From contig CAXXUK010000001.1 of the NCBI GenBank assembly GCA_963665125.2, positions 3,040,001 to 3,104,000 of the forward strand: a stretch of 64,000 nucleotides of DNA, in the 5' to 3' direction. A program made the translations under genes and the position numbers. Shown here piece by piece: positions 18,646 through 28,105 of the stretch. The DNA comes from an uncultured Desulfarculus sp. GTDB taxonomy: Bacteria > Desulfobacterota > Desulfarculia > Desulfarculales > Desulfarculaceae. The notes beneath the pieces were generated by a model. It made no database searches and was not told where the DNA came from. It saw nothing but the letters and a program-made list of their open reading frames with translations. Position 1 is the stretch's first letter; every line of letters starts with the position of its first letter.

Positions 18646-19272
18646 ATGAAATCACCGAAGTATCTTTTACTCTTCTTGACCATGCTCGTGGGCCTGGCCC
18701 TGCCTGGAGTCGCCAATGCCACGAATCCCAATGGCTGGTGGACCTCCAGTTCGGGCTCCCAGGTGCACATCAAGTACATCGAGCAAAACGTATACATCAC
18801 ACTGAAGGCCACCAACGGCAAAACTTATAAATACAACGGTCGCTGGACCGTCTACGGCGCGACCTTCAGCTACAGCGTACCCGGCAGAGGGGTTTTCAAC
18901 GCCGCTTTTGCCAATGGCAACCCCGATGTGATTTATGTTCACGGGCCTGACGGAAAACGGACCACCTGGTACCGCGGCATTAAAAACACTAAATCCAACA
19001 ACCAACAGTCGCAAAAAGGCATTGCCGGAACGTGGCGTTCCTCAACCGGCACCACCATCCAATTGAGCGGCAAGCAAAAACAACTGTTCTTCAATTTCAT
19101 TACAGCGAAAGGGCAACGCTATCAGGGCGTGGGCCGCTGGCTTTCGGGCTATTCGTTCGACTATTCCATCGCGGGCTATGGCGGCGTTGCCAAATGCAAT
19201 GTCAATAAAAACAACTGGAACATAATCAACTGCGTATACAACGGCACGAAGAGCACGTGGAAACGGTATTAA
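18646..19272 (+). CDS. Secreted paralogue with two divergent copies of the same beta-rich domain
   Basis: RBS GAGGA, MKSPKYLLLF...ANA signal peptide; repeats NGWWTSSSG...TWYRG and AGTWRSSTG...TWKRY. Confidence 0.8.
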   Translation: MKSPKYLLLFLTMLVGLALPGVANATNPNGWWTSSSGSQVHIKYIEQNVYITLKATNGKTYKYNGRWTVYGATFSYSVPGRGVFNAAFANGNPDVIYVHGPDGKRTTWYRGIKNTKSNNQQSQKGIAGTWRSSTGTTIQLSGKQKQLFFNFITAKGQRYQGVGRWLSGYSFDYSIAGYGGVAKCNVNKNNWNIINCVYNGTKSTWKRY

Positions 19273-19304
19273 GGAAGCGTTTTTGGGGCCGGAGCCGGTC
19301 CGGC

Positions 19305-20309
19305 ATGATCGGGTGCGCGGCTTTGCTGTTGGTTTCATTGCTGATGGCCGCCCCGTCGCACGCTGATTTTAGTGCAGGTTACGATGCCTACCGCAAGGGC
19401 GACTATGCCGTTGCCTTCAAGGAATTCACCGCCGCCGCCAACGAGGGCGACCCCAAGGCCCAGTTCAATCTGGGCGCCATGTACGAATCCGGCCAGGGGG
19501 TTGCCCGGGACTACGAGCAGGCCCTGCATTGGTACGGCCTGGCGGCCGAGCGCAACCACCCCAAGGCCCAAAACAACATCGGCGACCTGTATCTCACCGG
19601 CCGGGGCGTGCCCAAGGATTACCAAAAGGCCCTGAGCTGGTTCCGCCTGGCGGCGGACCAAAACGACACCATGGCCCAATACAACATCGGCTATATGTAT
19701 TACCAGGGTCTGGGGGTCCCCCAAGACTTGGCCAAGGCCCGTAACTGGTTTGAAGAGGCGGCGGTGCAGGGGTTTTCAGAGGCCCAGATGAAGCTGGGTG
19801 TAATCTACATCCGGGGACTGGGCGTGGCCAAGGACTACCCGAAGGCCCGCCATTGGTTTGGGCTGGCTGCCCAGAAAGGCAACGGCGAGGCCCAGTTCAA
19901 CCTGGGACAAATGCATTGTTTCGGCCTGGGCATGCCGGTTGACTATAAAAAGGGCGCTCACTGGTTCGAGTTGGCGGCCGATAATGGGGTGGCCCAGGCC
20001 CAATACAACCTGGGGCTCTTGTATTTCCTGGGCCAGGGTGTGCAAAATAATCCTGAAACGGCCATGAAATGGCTCACACGGGCCGCCAATCAAGGCTATC
20101 TCAAGGCCCAGGGCGATCTTGGCCAGATATACAGCCGGGGTCAGGGGGTGCCAAGGGACCTGGTAAAGGGCTATGCGTGGCTGACTCTGGCCGCCCGGGG
20201 CGGCATGGCCGAGGCCGAGGCCTTTGGTCGAAAGGTGGCGGCCGTAATGACGCCGGAGCAGATCGCCCAGGCCCGAAAAATGGCCGATTCCTGGAAACCC
20301 GCGAACTAG
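19305..20309 (+). CDS. Sel1-like repeat protein, exported
   Basis: About seven AQxNLGxxYxxGxGVxxDxxxAxxW repeats; signal peptide; C-terminal MTPEQIAQA; start uncertain (19257 or 19305). Confidence 0.9.
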   Translation: MIGCAALLLVSLLMAAPSHADFSAGYDAYRKGDYAVAFKEFTAAANEGDPKAQFNLGAMYESGQGVARDYEQALHWYGLAAERNHPKAQNNIGDLYLTGRGVPKDYQKALSWFRLAADQNDTMAQYNIGYMYYQGLGVPQDLAKARNWFEEAAVQGFSEAQMKLGVIYIRGLGVAKDYPKARHWFGLAAQKGNGEAQFNLGQMHCFGLGMPVDYKKGAHWFELAADNGVAQAQYNLGLLYFLGQGVQNNPETAMKWLTRAANQGYLKAQGDLGQIYSRGQGVPRDLVKGYAWLTLAARGGMAEAEAFGRKVAAVMTPEQIAQARKMADSWKPAN

Positions 20310-20334
20310 CGGCCTGACCATAATAGGGGGTGTC

Positions 20335-20718
20335 ATGCGCAAAAGTGTCTTGATTTGTCTGGCCTCGGTGGTTTGCCTGATTATTTGTTGCGGCCTCTGC
20401 CGGACCGTCCAGGCCCAGAGCCACACGGTCGTCACCTGCACCCTGTCTTCCGAAGCGAACACCAACTTCATCCAAATTCCCGAAGGTTACAGTGCGATTG
20501 GCGCAATTGTGGCTGTTGTTTCGGCCGGGGATCAACCGGGCCTGCTCACCGTATTGATCGGCCGGAGTCTGGCCAATCTGCCTCTGGAGGGCGGTTCCCA
20601 AACCCAAATCGTCCTGGAGCACGAAAAGGGTGGTTTGCCTGTTTCGGCCATGACCGACAACGCATTTGCGGAGTATGAGGTCAACGTCGAAGTCGAGTGT
20701 GTGCGGACGACGAAGTAG
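20335..20718 (+). CDS. Hypothetical exported protein
   Basis: RBS-like GGGGG; Cys-rich signal peptide ending VQA; beta-rich mature part. Confidence 0.6.
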   Translation: MRKSVLICLASVVCLIICCGLCRTVQAQSHTVVTCTLSSEANTNFIQIPEGYSAIGAIVAVVSAGDQPGLLTVLIGRSLANLPLEGGSQTQIVLEHEKGGLPVSAMTDNAFAEYEVNVEVECVRTTK

Positions 20719-20891
20719 GGGCTGTCTTAGGTCCTTACATCGCCACATCATTTCTGATATAAAATGAATCATCGTTCATGGGCCTGGGAGGATGATGCGT
20801 CGCGTCATTATCTTTCGGTCCACCTTGTCCACCATGATCAAACATCATGAAATCATTATCGTATGGTTGGAGCCTCACTCGGGAGGAGGCC

Positions 20892-21749
20892 ATGGTTACT
20901 CGATCCGAAGTTTCGCATGGATCAACAGGACAGGACGGCGATGCCCAGACGGCGGTTGTCGTTCACAGCGCCGGATTGGCCTCGGGCGTATACGAGCCTT
21001 TATTCCGTTTGCTCGAACCCGGCTTAAACCCGGTAGGCCTTGATCTGCCGGGCCACGGCGTGGCCCCGGCGCCGTTTCCAGCCTCTGCGTTGAAAAGCTG
21101 GGACATTTTTTACGACAGTCTGGAACAATATCTAGAACGGCTGGGCCGCCCGGCGGTGATTATCGGCCATTCCATGGGCGGCACCGTGGGTTTGGTGGCC
21201 GCCGCCCGCAGGCCGGAGCTTGTCTCGGCCCTGGTGCTCATCGAACCCGGCGTAATGCCGCCGTGGTGGCGGCCCGGAGTATGGCTGGTGCAAAAGCTGG
21301 GTCTGTCCATGCGCGTGCCTTTCGTTACCAGGGCCGTGAATCGTAAAAGCGCCTGGCCCGGCATTGCCGAGGCCGCCGGGGATATCATCGGCAAAGGCCC
21401 TTTCAAGGCCTGGCAGAGCCGGTTCATGGACGCCTACCTGGCCCACGGCTTCCGCACAGGCCAATCAGGCGAGGCCCGGCTGATCTGCGACCCGCTGTGG
21501 GAGGGCCGCTGCCTGGCCATGGCCCCCACGGGCATCTGGCGTTTCGTGCCGAGGGTCAAGGCTCCGGCCCTGGTGCTCTACGGCTCCGAGTCCACGACGT
21601 TCCTGCCGTCGGTGGCCAAACGCTTCCGGGCCTGCCTGCCGGACGCCGACGTCAGGCGCATCGACTGCGGGCACTTCATCCCCATGGAAAAACCCGACGA
21701 ATGCGCCCGGGCCATCAGCGGATTTTTGGAAGAACGTGGGATGATTTGA
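20892..21749 (+). CDS. Alpha/beta hydrolase
   Basis: DLPGHG, GHSMGG nucleophile elbow and GHFIPME; RBS GGAGG before ATG at 20892 (ORF open from 20847). Confidence 0.88.
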   Translation: MVTRSEVSHGSTGQDGDAQTAVVVHSAGLASGVYEPLFRLLEPGLNPVGLDLPGHGVAPAPFPASALKSWDIFYDSLEQYLERLGRPAVIIGHSMGGTVGLVAAARRPELVSALVLIEPGVMPPWWRPGVWLVQKLGLSMRVPFVTRAVNRKSAWPGIAEAAGDIIGKGPFKAWQSRFMDAYLAHGFRTGQSGEARLICDPLWEGRCLAMAPTGIWRFVPRVKAPALVLYGSESTTFLPSVAKRFRACLPDADVRRIDCGHFIPMEKPDECARAISGFLEERGMI

Positions 21750-21915
21750 GGCGTTTGCCGTAACGGCCTGGTTTCTTACTCCAGCCAAGACCACGACCAC
21801 TTATCCATGCACCGGGTGCCGCCCGCGATATGGGAGCCCAAGCATTGCGCCTTTTATGTTGAGGCGTTTGCTGTTAAAACAGGTGTAGCGTTGTTTCTCT
21901 TAAGCAGGGAGCCTC

Positions 21916-22950
21916 ATGGAAGACCCGCTGGGTATCAGATTGATCGACGGACAGGCCGCCGAGGAAGACCGCTCGCTGGACAGCCTGCGTCCAACCTCGC
22001 TGGAGGAGTTCATCGGCCAGGAAGAGGCCAAGGCCAACCTGCGCGTGTTCATCACGGCGGCCAGGCAGCGCGGCGAGGCCCTGGACCATGTGCTGCTGCA
22101 CGGTCATCCGGGTCTGGGCAAGACCACCCTGGCCCATATCATCGCCCGTGAGCTGGATGTGGGCATCACCGCCACCAGCGGACCGGTGCTGGAGCGGGCC
22201 GGAGACCTGGCGGCCATCCTGACCAACCTGGGCCCCCGCGACGTGCTGTTCGTGGACGAGATCCACCGCCTCAACCACGTGGTCGAGGAGGTGCTCTATC
22301 CTGCCATGGAAGACTTTCACCTGGACATCGTGGTGGGCCAGGGCCCCGGCGCCCGCACGGTGAAGCTCAATCTGGAGCCATTCACCCTGGTGGGGGCCAC
22401 AACCAGGGCCGGACTGCTGACTCCGCCCCTGCGGGACCGTTTCGGCGTGCAGGTGCGGGTGGACATGTACAGCCCAGAAGATTTAGCGCTGATCGTCACC
22501 CGCAGCGCCAAATTGTTGCGGCTTGAACTGACCGAGGATGGGGCCATTGAGGTCGCCCGCCGCAGCCGGGCCACGCCCAGGGTGGCCAATCGGCTCTTGA
22601 AACGGGTGCGCGACTTTGCCCAGGTCGAGGCCAACGGCAAGGCCGACCGCGAACTGTGCGACTATGCCCTGATGCGCCTGGGCGTGGATCAAAACGGCCT
22701 GGACAGGCTGGACCGCGACATCCTCTCGACCATTGTAAACAAGTTCGACGGCGGGCCGGTGGGGCTGTCCAACCTGGCGGCATCGGTGAGCGAAGAGGCC
22801 CAGACCATCGAGGAAGTCTACGAGCCCTACCTGATCCAGCAGGGTTTCATCAAGCGGACCAAGGCCGGGCGGGTGGCCACCAGCCGGGCCTATGAGCTGC
22901 TGGGCGCGGCGGCGGCCAAACCGGGCGGCCTGCCCCTTTTTACAAAATAG
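21916..22950 (+). CDS. ruvB: Holliday junction branch migration helicase RuvB
   Basis: [45 protein letters not shown] and [14 protein letters not shown] motifs. Confidence 0.97.
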   Translation: MEDPLGIRLIDGQAAEEDRSLDSLRPTSLEEFIGQEEAKANLRVFITAARQRGEALDHVLLHGHPGLGKTTLAHIIARELDVGITATSGPVLERAGDLAAILTNLGPRDVLFVDEIHRLNHVVEEVLYPAMEDFHLDIVVGQGPGARTVKLNLEPFTLVGATTRAGLLTPPLRDRFGVQVRVDMYSPEDLALIVTRSAKLLRLELTEDGAIEVARRSRATPRVANRLLKRVRDFAQVEANGKADRELCDYALMRLGVDQNGLDRLDRDILSTIVNKFDGGPVGLSNLAASVSEEAQTIEEVYEPYLIQQGFIKRTKAGRVATSRAYELLGAAAAKPGGLPLFTK

Positions 22951-23004
22951 AAAACCGGGCGGCGCGGGCCACCCGGAATTGATCTGGCATATAAATCCGG
23001 CGGG

Positions 23005-23757
23005 CTATTCCACCACGTGCACTCCCGGCTCCAGCAGGTCCATGCCCGACTCGGCCAGGATGTTGTCGCCGGGGATCACCCTTATGGTTTCACCCTTGCT
23101 CCTTACCACTTCGCCGAAATCATAGACCCGCACGGTCCGTGGGCCATAGCAGCGGGATTCGCCCCAGGCTCCGGCCGAGGTCAGCGAGCGCAGACCCAGG
23201 CCCCGCACCAGGCGGGCGGCGTTGGCAGGGTCGGACCAGGCATAACTGAAGGCCACGGGATACTCGAAGTCCTTGACCTTGTGCACCACCACCGACACCG
23301 GCTCGGCAAAGGGCCTGTTCTGCAAGCCGTGCATCCACTTGAAGATAATGGGCTTGCCCACGTATTTTTCTTCCTTGTCGATATATACGGCCCAGATCTC
23401 GGTCATCTGGCGCACTTCAAAGGTCTTGGGCGGCGGTCCCAGCTCCAACTCCTCCAGGAGCACCGCGGGAGACCATTTCTTGCCGGTGCGCTTTTCGTAA
23501 TTGGCCTTTTGGGTCTCTGTCACCGGGAACAACAGCAGCGGCGCATCGGGATTTTGCATGCCCTGGCGAACCTGGCGGTGGGCCATGTCGATCTCGCCGT
23601 CGGGCAGGGACTGGTCCAGGGCGTCAACGGCCTGCCGCAGTTGCTCGGCGATTTCCTGGCTGTCCGACGCGCCGCCCGAGCCCTGGTTTTCGCAGCCCAT
23701 CAGGGCCAGTAAAAGGACCAGAAAAACAAAAGCCGTATATCGCGCCACTTTGGTCAT
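23005..23757 (-). CDS. Hypothetical lipoprotein
   Basis: Hydrophobic N-terminus with LMGC lipobox; no recognised domain. Confidence 0.65.
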   Translation of the reverse strand: MTKVARYTAFVFLVLLLALMGCENQGSGGASDSQEIAEQLRQAVDALDQSLPDGEIDMAHRQVRQGMQNPDAPLLLFPVTETQKANYEKRTGKKWSPAVLLEELELGPPPKTFEVRQMTEIWAVYIDKEEKYVGKPIIFKWMHGLQNRPFAEPVSVVVHKVKDFEYPVAFSYAWSDPANAARLVRGLGLRSLTSAGAWGESRCYGPRTVRVYDFGEVVRSKGETIRVIPGDNILAESGMDLLEPGVHVVE

Positions 23758-23956
23758 CGATTTTCCACAACCCGGAGAATTAAAGATTTTAAGTTAAAAG
23801 GGACGCAATGTTGCCGGATTTATACATGAAGACCCCATCCCCATTGCAAGCGCATCGCCCCCCGCCTACGTTATCTTTAATATATATCAAGCGATGGTCC
23901 AAAGCAAAAGCAACCAGCCGCTTGCCGCTGCCCAAACAAAACGTATAATGGAGTCT

Positions 23957-25264
23957 ATGACGCAGCAGGACCATGAAAATCAACTGAATAAAACCCTGGA
24001 CCGCTGGCCGCCCACGACGGTGACGGCGGTTTTATCATTGCAGTGGCTGGTGGTCCTGGTGCCGGGTCTGCTGGTGGTGGGCGATCTGGTGGCCATGGCC
24101 TGGGGTCTGGAGCCGGCCGGGCGCATAGCCTTTTTGCAGAGGCTGTTGGTGCTCATAGGCATGGTCCAGATGGCCCAGGTCCTTTTCGGCCACCGCATGC
24201 CCGGCCTGGCCGGTCCGTCGTCGGTGCTCTTGGTGGGCATCATCAGCACCGTGGGCAGCGGCCCGGCATCGGTGTACGGGGCCATGGCCATCGGCGGCGT
24301 GCTCATGGCCCTGCTGGGCTTCACGGGCCTGGCCGCCCGCCTGGGCAAGCTCTACACCCCGCCGGTGCTGGCCTCCACCCTGATGCTTATCGCCGTGAAC
24401 CTGGTCCCGGCCATGCAGAACATGATATTCGTCAAAACCGCCGTGGGCCAAAGCTGGGCCGCGCCGTTTTTGTTCACCATGGTCCTGTCCGGGCTGATCC
24501 TGTGGTCCCAACTCAGGTTGAAAGGCCTGTTGGGCGCGTCGATGATCGTGGTGGGCATGCTGGTTGGGTCCGTGGTCTATTACGCCATCGGCATGGGGCC
24601 CTTCCCAGGCTGGCACGGCACCGGGGCCGTTGGGTTCAGCCTTCTGCCCGACCATGGCCTGAGCTTCGAACCGCCGGTGGTGGCCGCTTTCCTGATCTGC
24701 TATCTGGCCCTGATCTCCAATGAACTGGGCACCCTGGAATCTCTGGGCCACATCCTGGAACTCGATGACCTGGAAAAGCGGGTCAACCGCTCGGTGAGCG
24801 TGGGCGGGCTCAGTTGCGTGGCAGCCGCATTCGGCGGAACCCTGGGCCCGGTGACCTATGCCGTCAGCCCCGGCGTAGTCCTGGCCACCCATAACGCCAG
24901 CCGCTGGACCCTGCTTCCGGCGGCCGTGGCCACGGTGCTGCTGGGCCTGTGGCCCACGGGCATGGAGCTTTTTCAACTGGTGCCCCAACCGGTGGGCGGG
25001 GCCATCGTCTTTTGCCTGATGTCTTATACGGCCTTTGCCTCGCTGTCGGTGTTGCAGACCAGGGGCCAGGGCCTCAACCGCCGCTCGGGCCTGGTCCTGG
25101 GCGCGGCCACGATCTGCGGCGTGATCATCACCTTCATGCCGCCAGAGGCCAAAATGGCTCTGAACCCCTACCTGCGTCCCGTGCTGGGCAACGGTTTCGT
25201 CACCGGGCTGGTCTTGGCCCTGATCCTGGAACACACCCTGCCACAACTGCGTTTTGATGAGTAA
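23957..25264 (+). CDS. NCS2-family (xanthine/uracil-type) permease
   Basis: LSLQW, QVLFGHRMPGLAGPS, many TM segments, NASRWTL and GNGFVTG; start uncertain (23894-23957). Confidence 0.8.
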   Translation: MTQQDHENQLNKTLDRWPPTTVTAVLSLQWLVVLVPGLLVVGDLVAMAWGLEPAGRIAFLQRLLVLIGMVQMAQVLFGHRMPGLAGPSSVLLVGIISTVGSGPASVYGAMAIGGVLMALLGFTGLAARLGKLYTPPVLASTLMLIAVNLVPAMQNMIFVKTAVGQSWAAPFLFTMVLSGLILWSQLRLKGLLGASMIVVGMLVGSVVYYAIGMGPFPGWHGTGAVGFSLLPDHGLSFEPPVVAAFLICYLALISNELGTLESLGHILELDDLEKRVNRSVSVGGLSCVAAAFGGTLGPVTYAVSPGVVLATHNASRWTLLPAAVATVLLGLWPTGMELFQLVPQPVGGAIVFCLMSYTAFASLSVLQTRGQGLNRRSGLVLGAATICGVIITFMPPEAKMALNPYLRPVLGNGFVTGLVLALILEHTLPQLRFDE

Positions 25265-25328
25265 CACGCTGATTATTTTAAGCTATTCATGAAAATCAAC
25301 CCGCCCGCAAAAAATCACTAAAACCCGG

Positions 25329-25363
25329 TTGACAGCCTCTATCTGATATGTGATATATCAGAT
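25329..25363 (+). promoter_or_regulatory. Sigma70 promoter with overlapping palindromic operator, GntR-type
   Basis: TTGACA at 25329-25334; ATCTGATAT-GTGAT-ATATCAGAT at 25341-25363, with nested TGATATATCA palindrome. Confidence 0.7.
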
Positions 25364-25505
25364 ATCAATTTGACGATAAAGCCGCTGGCGGGCGGCGCGA
25401 TTGGCCCGATAGAATTAAAATAGACCGGAGACCAGAGGGAAAATCGCGTCGCCCAAGCGCATTTTTGGGTAATATGCGCGGCTATTGCCGTGGCGGAGGC
25501 AAACC

Positions 25506-26894
25506 ATGGATCCTATTGAGCAGCATCTCAGCTATGACCCTGATGAAATGGTGGCTTTGGACCGTAAATATCTCTGGCACCATCTCATGCCCCATAAGGT
25601 ATTCGAGACCGTCGAGCCCATGATCGTGGTGGAGGGCGACGGCCTGATGATCAAGGACGCCCGCGGGCGGGAATTCCTGGACTGCGTCAGCGGCGCGGTC
25701 TGGTGCGTAAACGTGGGCTACGGCCGCGAATCCATCGCCAGGGCCGTTTACGAACAACTCAGGGTAATGCCCTACTATGCCGGTACGGCGGGCAACATCC
25801 CGGCCATCAAGTTCGCGGCCAAGCTGGCCGAGTTCCTGCCCCGGCTGGACAAGGTCTTCTACTCCAACAGCGGCTCGGAGGCCAATGAAAAGGCCTTCAA
25901 GATGGTGCGCCAGTATTGGCGGCTCCAGGGCAAGGACCGCTACAAGATTCTGTTCCGCAACCGCGACTACCACGGCACCACCATCGCCGCCCTCAGCGCC
26001 ACGGGCCAGGCCGAGCGCAAGGCCGAGTACGGACCGTTCGTGCCCGGTTTCGTGGAGTTTCCTCACTGCATGTGCTACCGCTGCGCCTTTGGCCAGAGCT
26101 ATCCCGGCTGCAACCTCGAATGCGCCAAGTCGCTGGAAAAGGTGATTCTGGATGAAGGTCCGGATACGGTGGGCGCCATCATCATCGAGCCCATCACCGC
26201 CGGCGGCGGCATCATCGTGCCGGTGCCCGAGTATTATCCGGCCCTTCAGGAGATCTGCCGCAAGTACGGCGTGCTGATGATCATGGACGAGGTGGTCTGC
26301 GGATTCGGCCGCACGGGCAACATGTTCGGCCACCTGCACTACGACGTGGACCCGGACATCGTTACCATGGCCAAGGGCACTGCCAGTTCCTACATGCCCC
26401 TGAGCGTGACCATGGCCAAGGGCGAGCTGTTCGAGCGGTTCCTTAACGACCCGTCGGAGAAGCTGGCCTATTTCCGCGATATCAGCACCTATGGCGGCTG
26501 CGCCGGTTCATGCATCGCCGCCCTGGAATCGACCCGCATCATCGAGGAGGAAAAGCTCTGCGAAAACAGCCAAACCATGGGCGCGCGGCTGCTTGACGGC
26601 CTTAACTCGCTGCTGGGACTGCCCCAGGTTGGCGATGTCCGCGCCAAGGGCCTGTTCGCCGGCGTGGAGCTGGTCAAGGACAAGAAGACCAAGCAGCCGG
26701 TGGAAGAGTCCTACCTGGCCAAGGTGGCGGCCGACATCGCCGGACAAGGCGTGCTGGTGGGCAAGGCCAACCGCAGCAATCCGGGCCTGAACAACATAAT
26801 CACTTTCGCTCCGGCCCTGGTGGCCACCGAGCAGCAGATAGACCGCATGGTGGGCGCGCTCCAGACAGCCCTCGTTCGCAACACAGATTTTTAG
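25506..26894 (+). CDS. tpa: Class III aminotransferase, probable taurine:pyruvate aminotransferase
   Basis: VALDRKYLWHHL, SNSGSEANEKAFK, RDYHGTTI, DIVTMAKG and YFRDISTYGG match the Bilophila Tpa sequence as I recall it; followed by ald. Confidence 0.8.
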   Translation: MDPIEQHLSYDPDEMVALDRKYLWHHLMPHKVFETVEPMIVVEGDGLMIKDARGREFLDCVSGAVWCVNVGYGRESIARAVYEQLRVMPYYAGTAGNIPAIKFAAKLAEFLPRLDKVFYSNSGSEANEKAFKMVRQYWRLQGKDRYKILFRNRDYHGTTIAALSATGQAERKAEYGPFVPGFVEFPHCMCYRCAFGQSYPGCNLECAKSLEKVILDEGPDTVGAIIIEPITAGGGIIVPVPEYYPALQEICRKYGVLMIMDEVVCGFGRTGNMFGHLHYDVDPDIVTMAKGTASSYMPLSVTMAKGELFERFLNDPSEKLAYFRDISTYGGCAGSCIAALESTRIIEEEKLCENSQTMGARLLDGLNSLLGLPQVGDVRAKGLFAGVELVKDKKTKQPVEESYLAKVAADIAGQGVLVGKANRSNPGLNNIITFAPALVATEQQIDRMVGALQTALVRNTDF

Positions 26895-26915
26895 CATTCC
26901 CGGAGGTTATGGGAA

Positions 26916-28028
26916 ATGATTGTAGGCATCCTCAAGGAAATCAAGGCTGAAGAAAACCGCGTATCCATGACTCCGGCGGGCGTGGAGCTGATGAAACACC
27001 ACGGCCATGATGTATTGGTCGAAAAAAACGCCGGACAGGGCAGCGGCTACACTGACCAGGCCTATATCAACGCCGGGGCCAAAATCATCGACAGCGCCGC
27101 CGAGATATTCGCCACGGCCGAGATGGTCATGCATGTCAAGGAGCCTTTGGCCCCCGAATACGACCTGATCCGGGAGGGCCAGATCGTCTTCACCTACCTG
27201 CACCTGGCCGCGGATGAGACCCAGACCCAGGCCCTGATCAAATCCAAGTCCGTATGCATCGCCTATGAGACGATCCAGACCGACGACGGCACCCTGCCCC
27301 TTTTGACCCCCATGAGCGAGGTGGCCGGGCGCATGGCCATCCAGCAGGGCGCCAAATACCTGGAAATGGCCCAGGGCGGCCGGGGCATCCTGCTGGGCGG
27401 CGTTCCGGGCGTTGACCCGGGCACGGTGCTGGTCATCGGCGGCGGCTGCGTGGGCATCAACGCGGCCAAGATGGCCTGCGGCCTGGGGGCCAAGGTCTAC
27501 CTGCTGGACCGCAACCTGGACCGGCTGCGCTACCTGGCCGACGTGATGCCCGCCAACTGCTTCACCCTGTTCAGCACCCCGGCGGTTATCCGCAAGCTGG
27601 CCGCCGAGGCCGACGTCATCGTGGGCGCGGTGCTGATCCCCGGCGCCAAGGCCCCCAAGCTGATCACCAAGGACATGCTAAAAACCATGAAGCCCGGCAC
27701 GGTGATGGTCGACGTGGCCATCGACCAGGGCGGCTGCTTCGAGACAAGCAAGGCCACCACCCACAGCGAGCCCACTTACATAATCGACGGCGTGGTGCAC
27801 TACTGTGTGGCCAACATGCCCGGCGGCGTGGCCAAGACCAGCACCCAGGCCCTGACCAACGCAACACTGCCCTACGCCCTGCAGATCGCCGACAAGGGCT
27901 GGAAGCGGGCCATGGCCGAAAACCGCGAAATCGCCCTGGGGGCCAACGTCATCGGCGGCAAAATCACCTACGAAGGCGTGGCCGAGGCCTTTGGTCTGGA
28001 GTACACCCCCATAGACCAGTTGCTATAG
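26916..28028 (+). CDS. ald: Alanine dehydrogenase
   Basis: [39 protein letters not shown] and YCVANMPG motifs. Confidence 0.97.
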   Translation: MIVGILKEIKAEENRVSMTPAGVELMKHHGHDVLVEKNAGQGSGYTDQAYINAGAKIIDSAAEIFATAEMVMHVKEPLAPEYDLIREGQIVFTYLHLAADETQTQALIKSKSVCIAYETIQTDDGTLPLLTPMSEVAGRMAIQQGAKYLEMAQGGRGILLGGVPGVDPGTVLVIGGGCVGINAAKMACGLGAKVYLLDRNLDRLRYLADVMPANCFTLFSTPAVIRKLAAEADVIVGAVLIPGAKAPKLITKDMLKTMKPGTVMVDVAIDQGGCFETSKATTHSEPTYIIDGVVHYCVANMPGGVAKTSTQALTNATLPYALQIADKGWKRAMAENREIALGANVIGGKITYEGVAEAFGLEYTPIDQLL

Positions 28029-28105
28029 ACTATTCATGGCGGTATGGTTGTGATAGGTTTCATGCTCGCGGCCGGTTGATGGCGGCCGCGAGCATTTTCC
28101 AAAAC

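Noticed and set aside
20792..21043. 83-aa ORF with GGGAGG RBS overlapping the hydrolase
   Set aside because: Out-of-frame overlap with a well-supported gene and no recognisable features.
17702..21915. Integron cassette array interpretation of the ruv islet
   Set aside because: No RYYYAAC...GTTRRRY attC-like sites found between the genes and no integrase.
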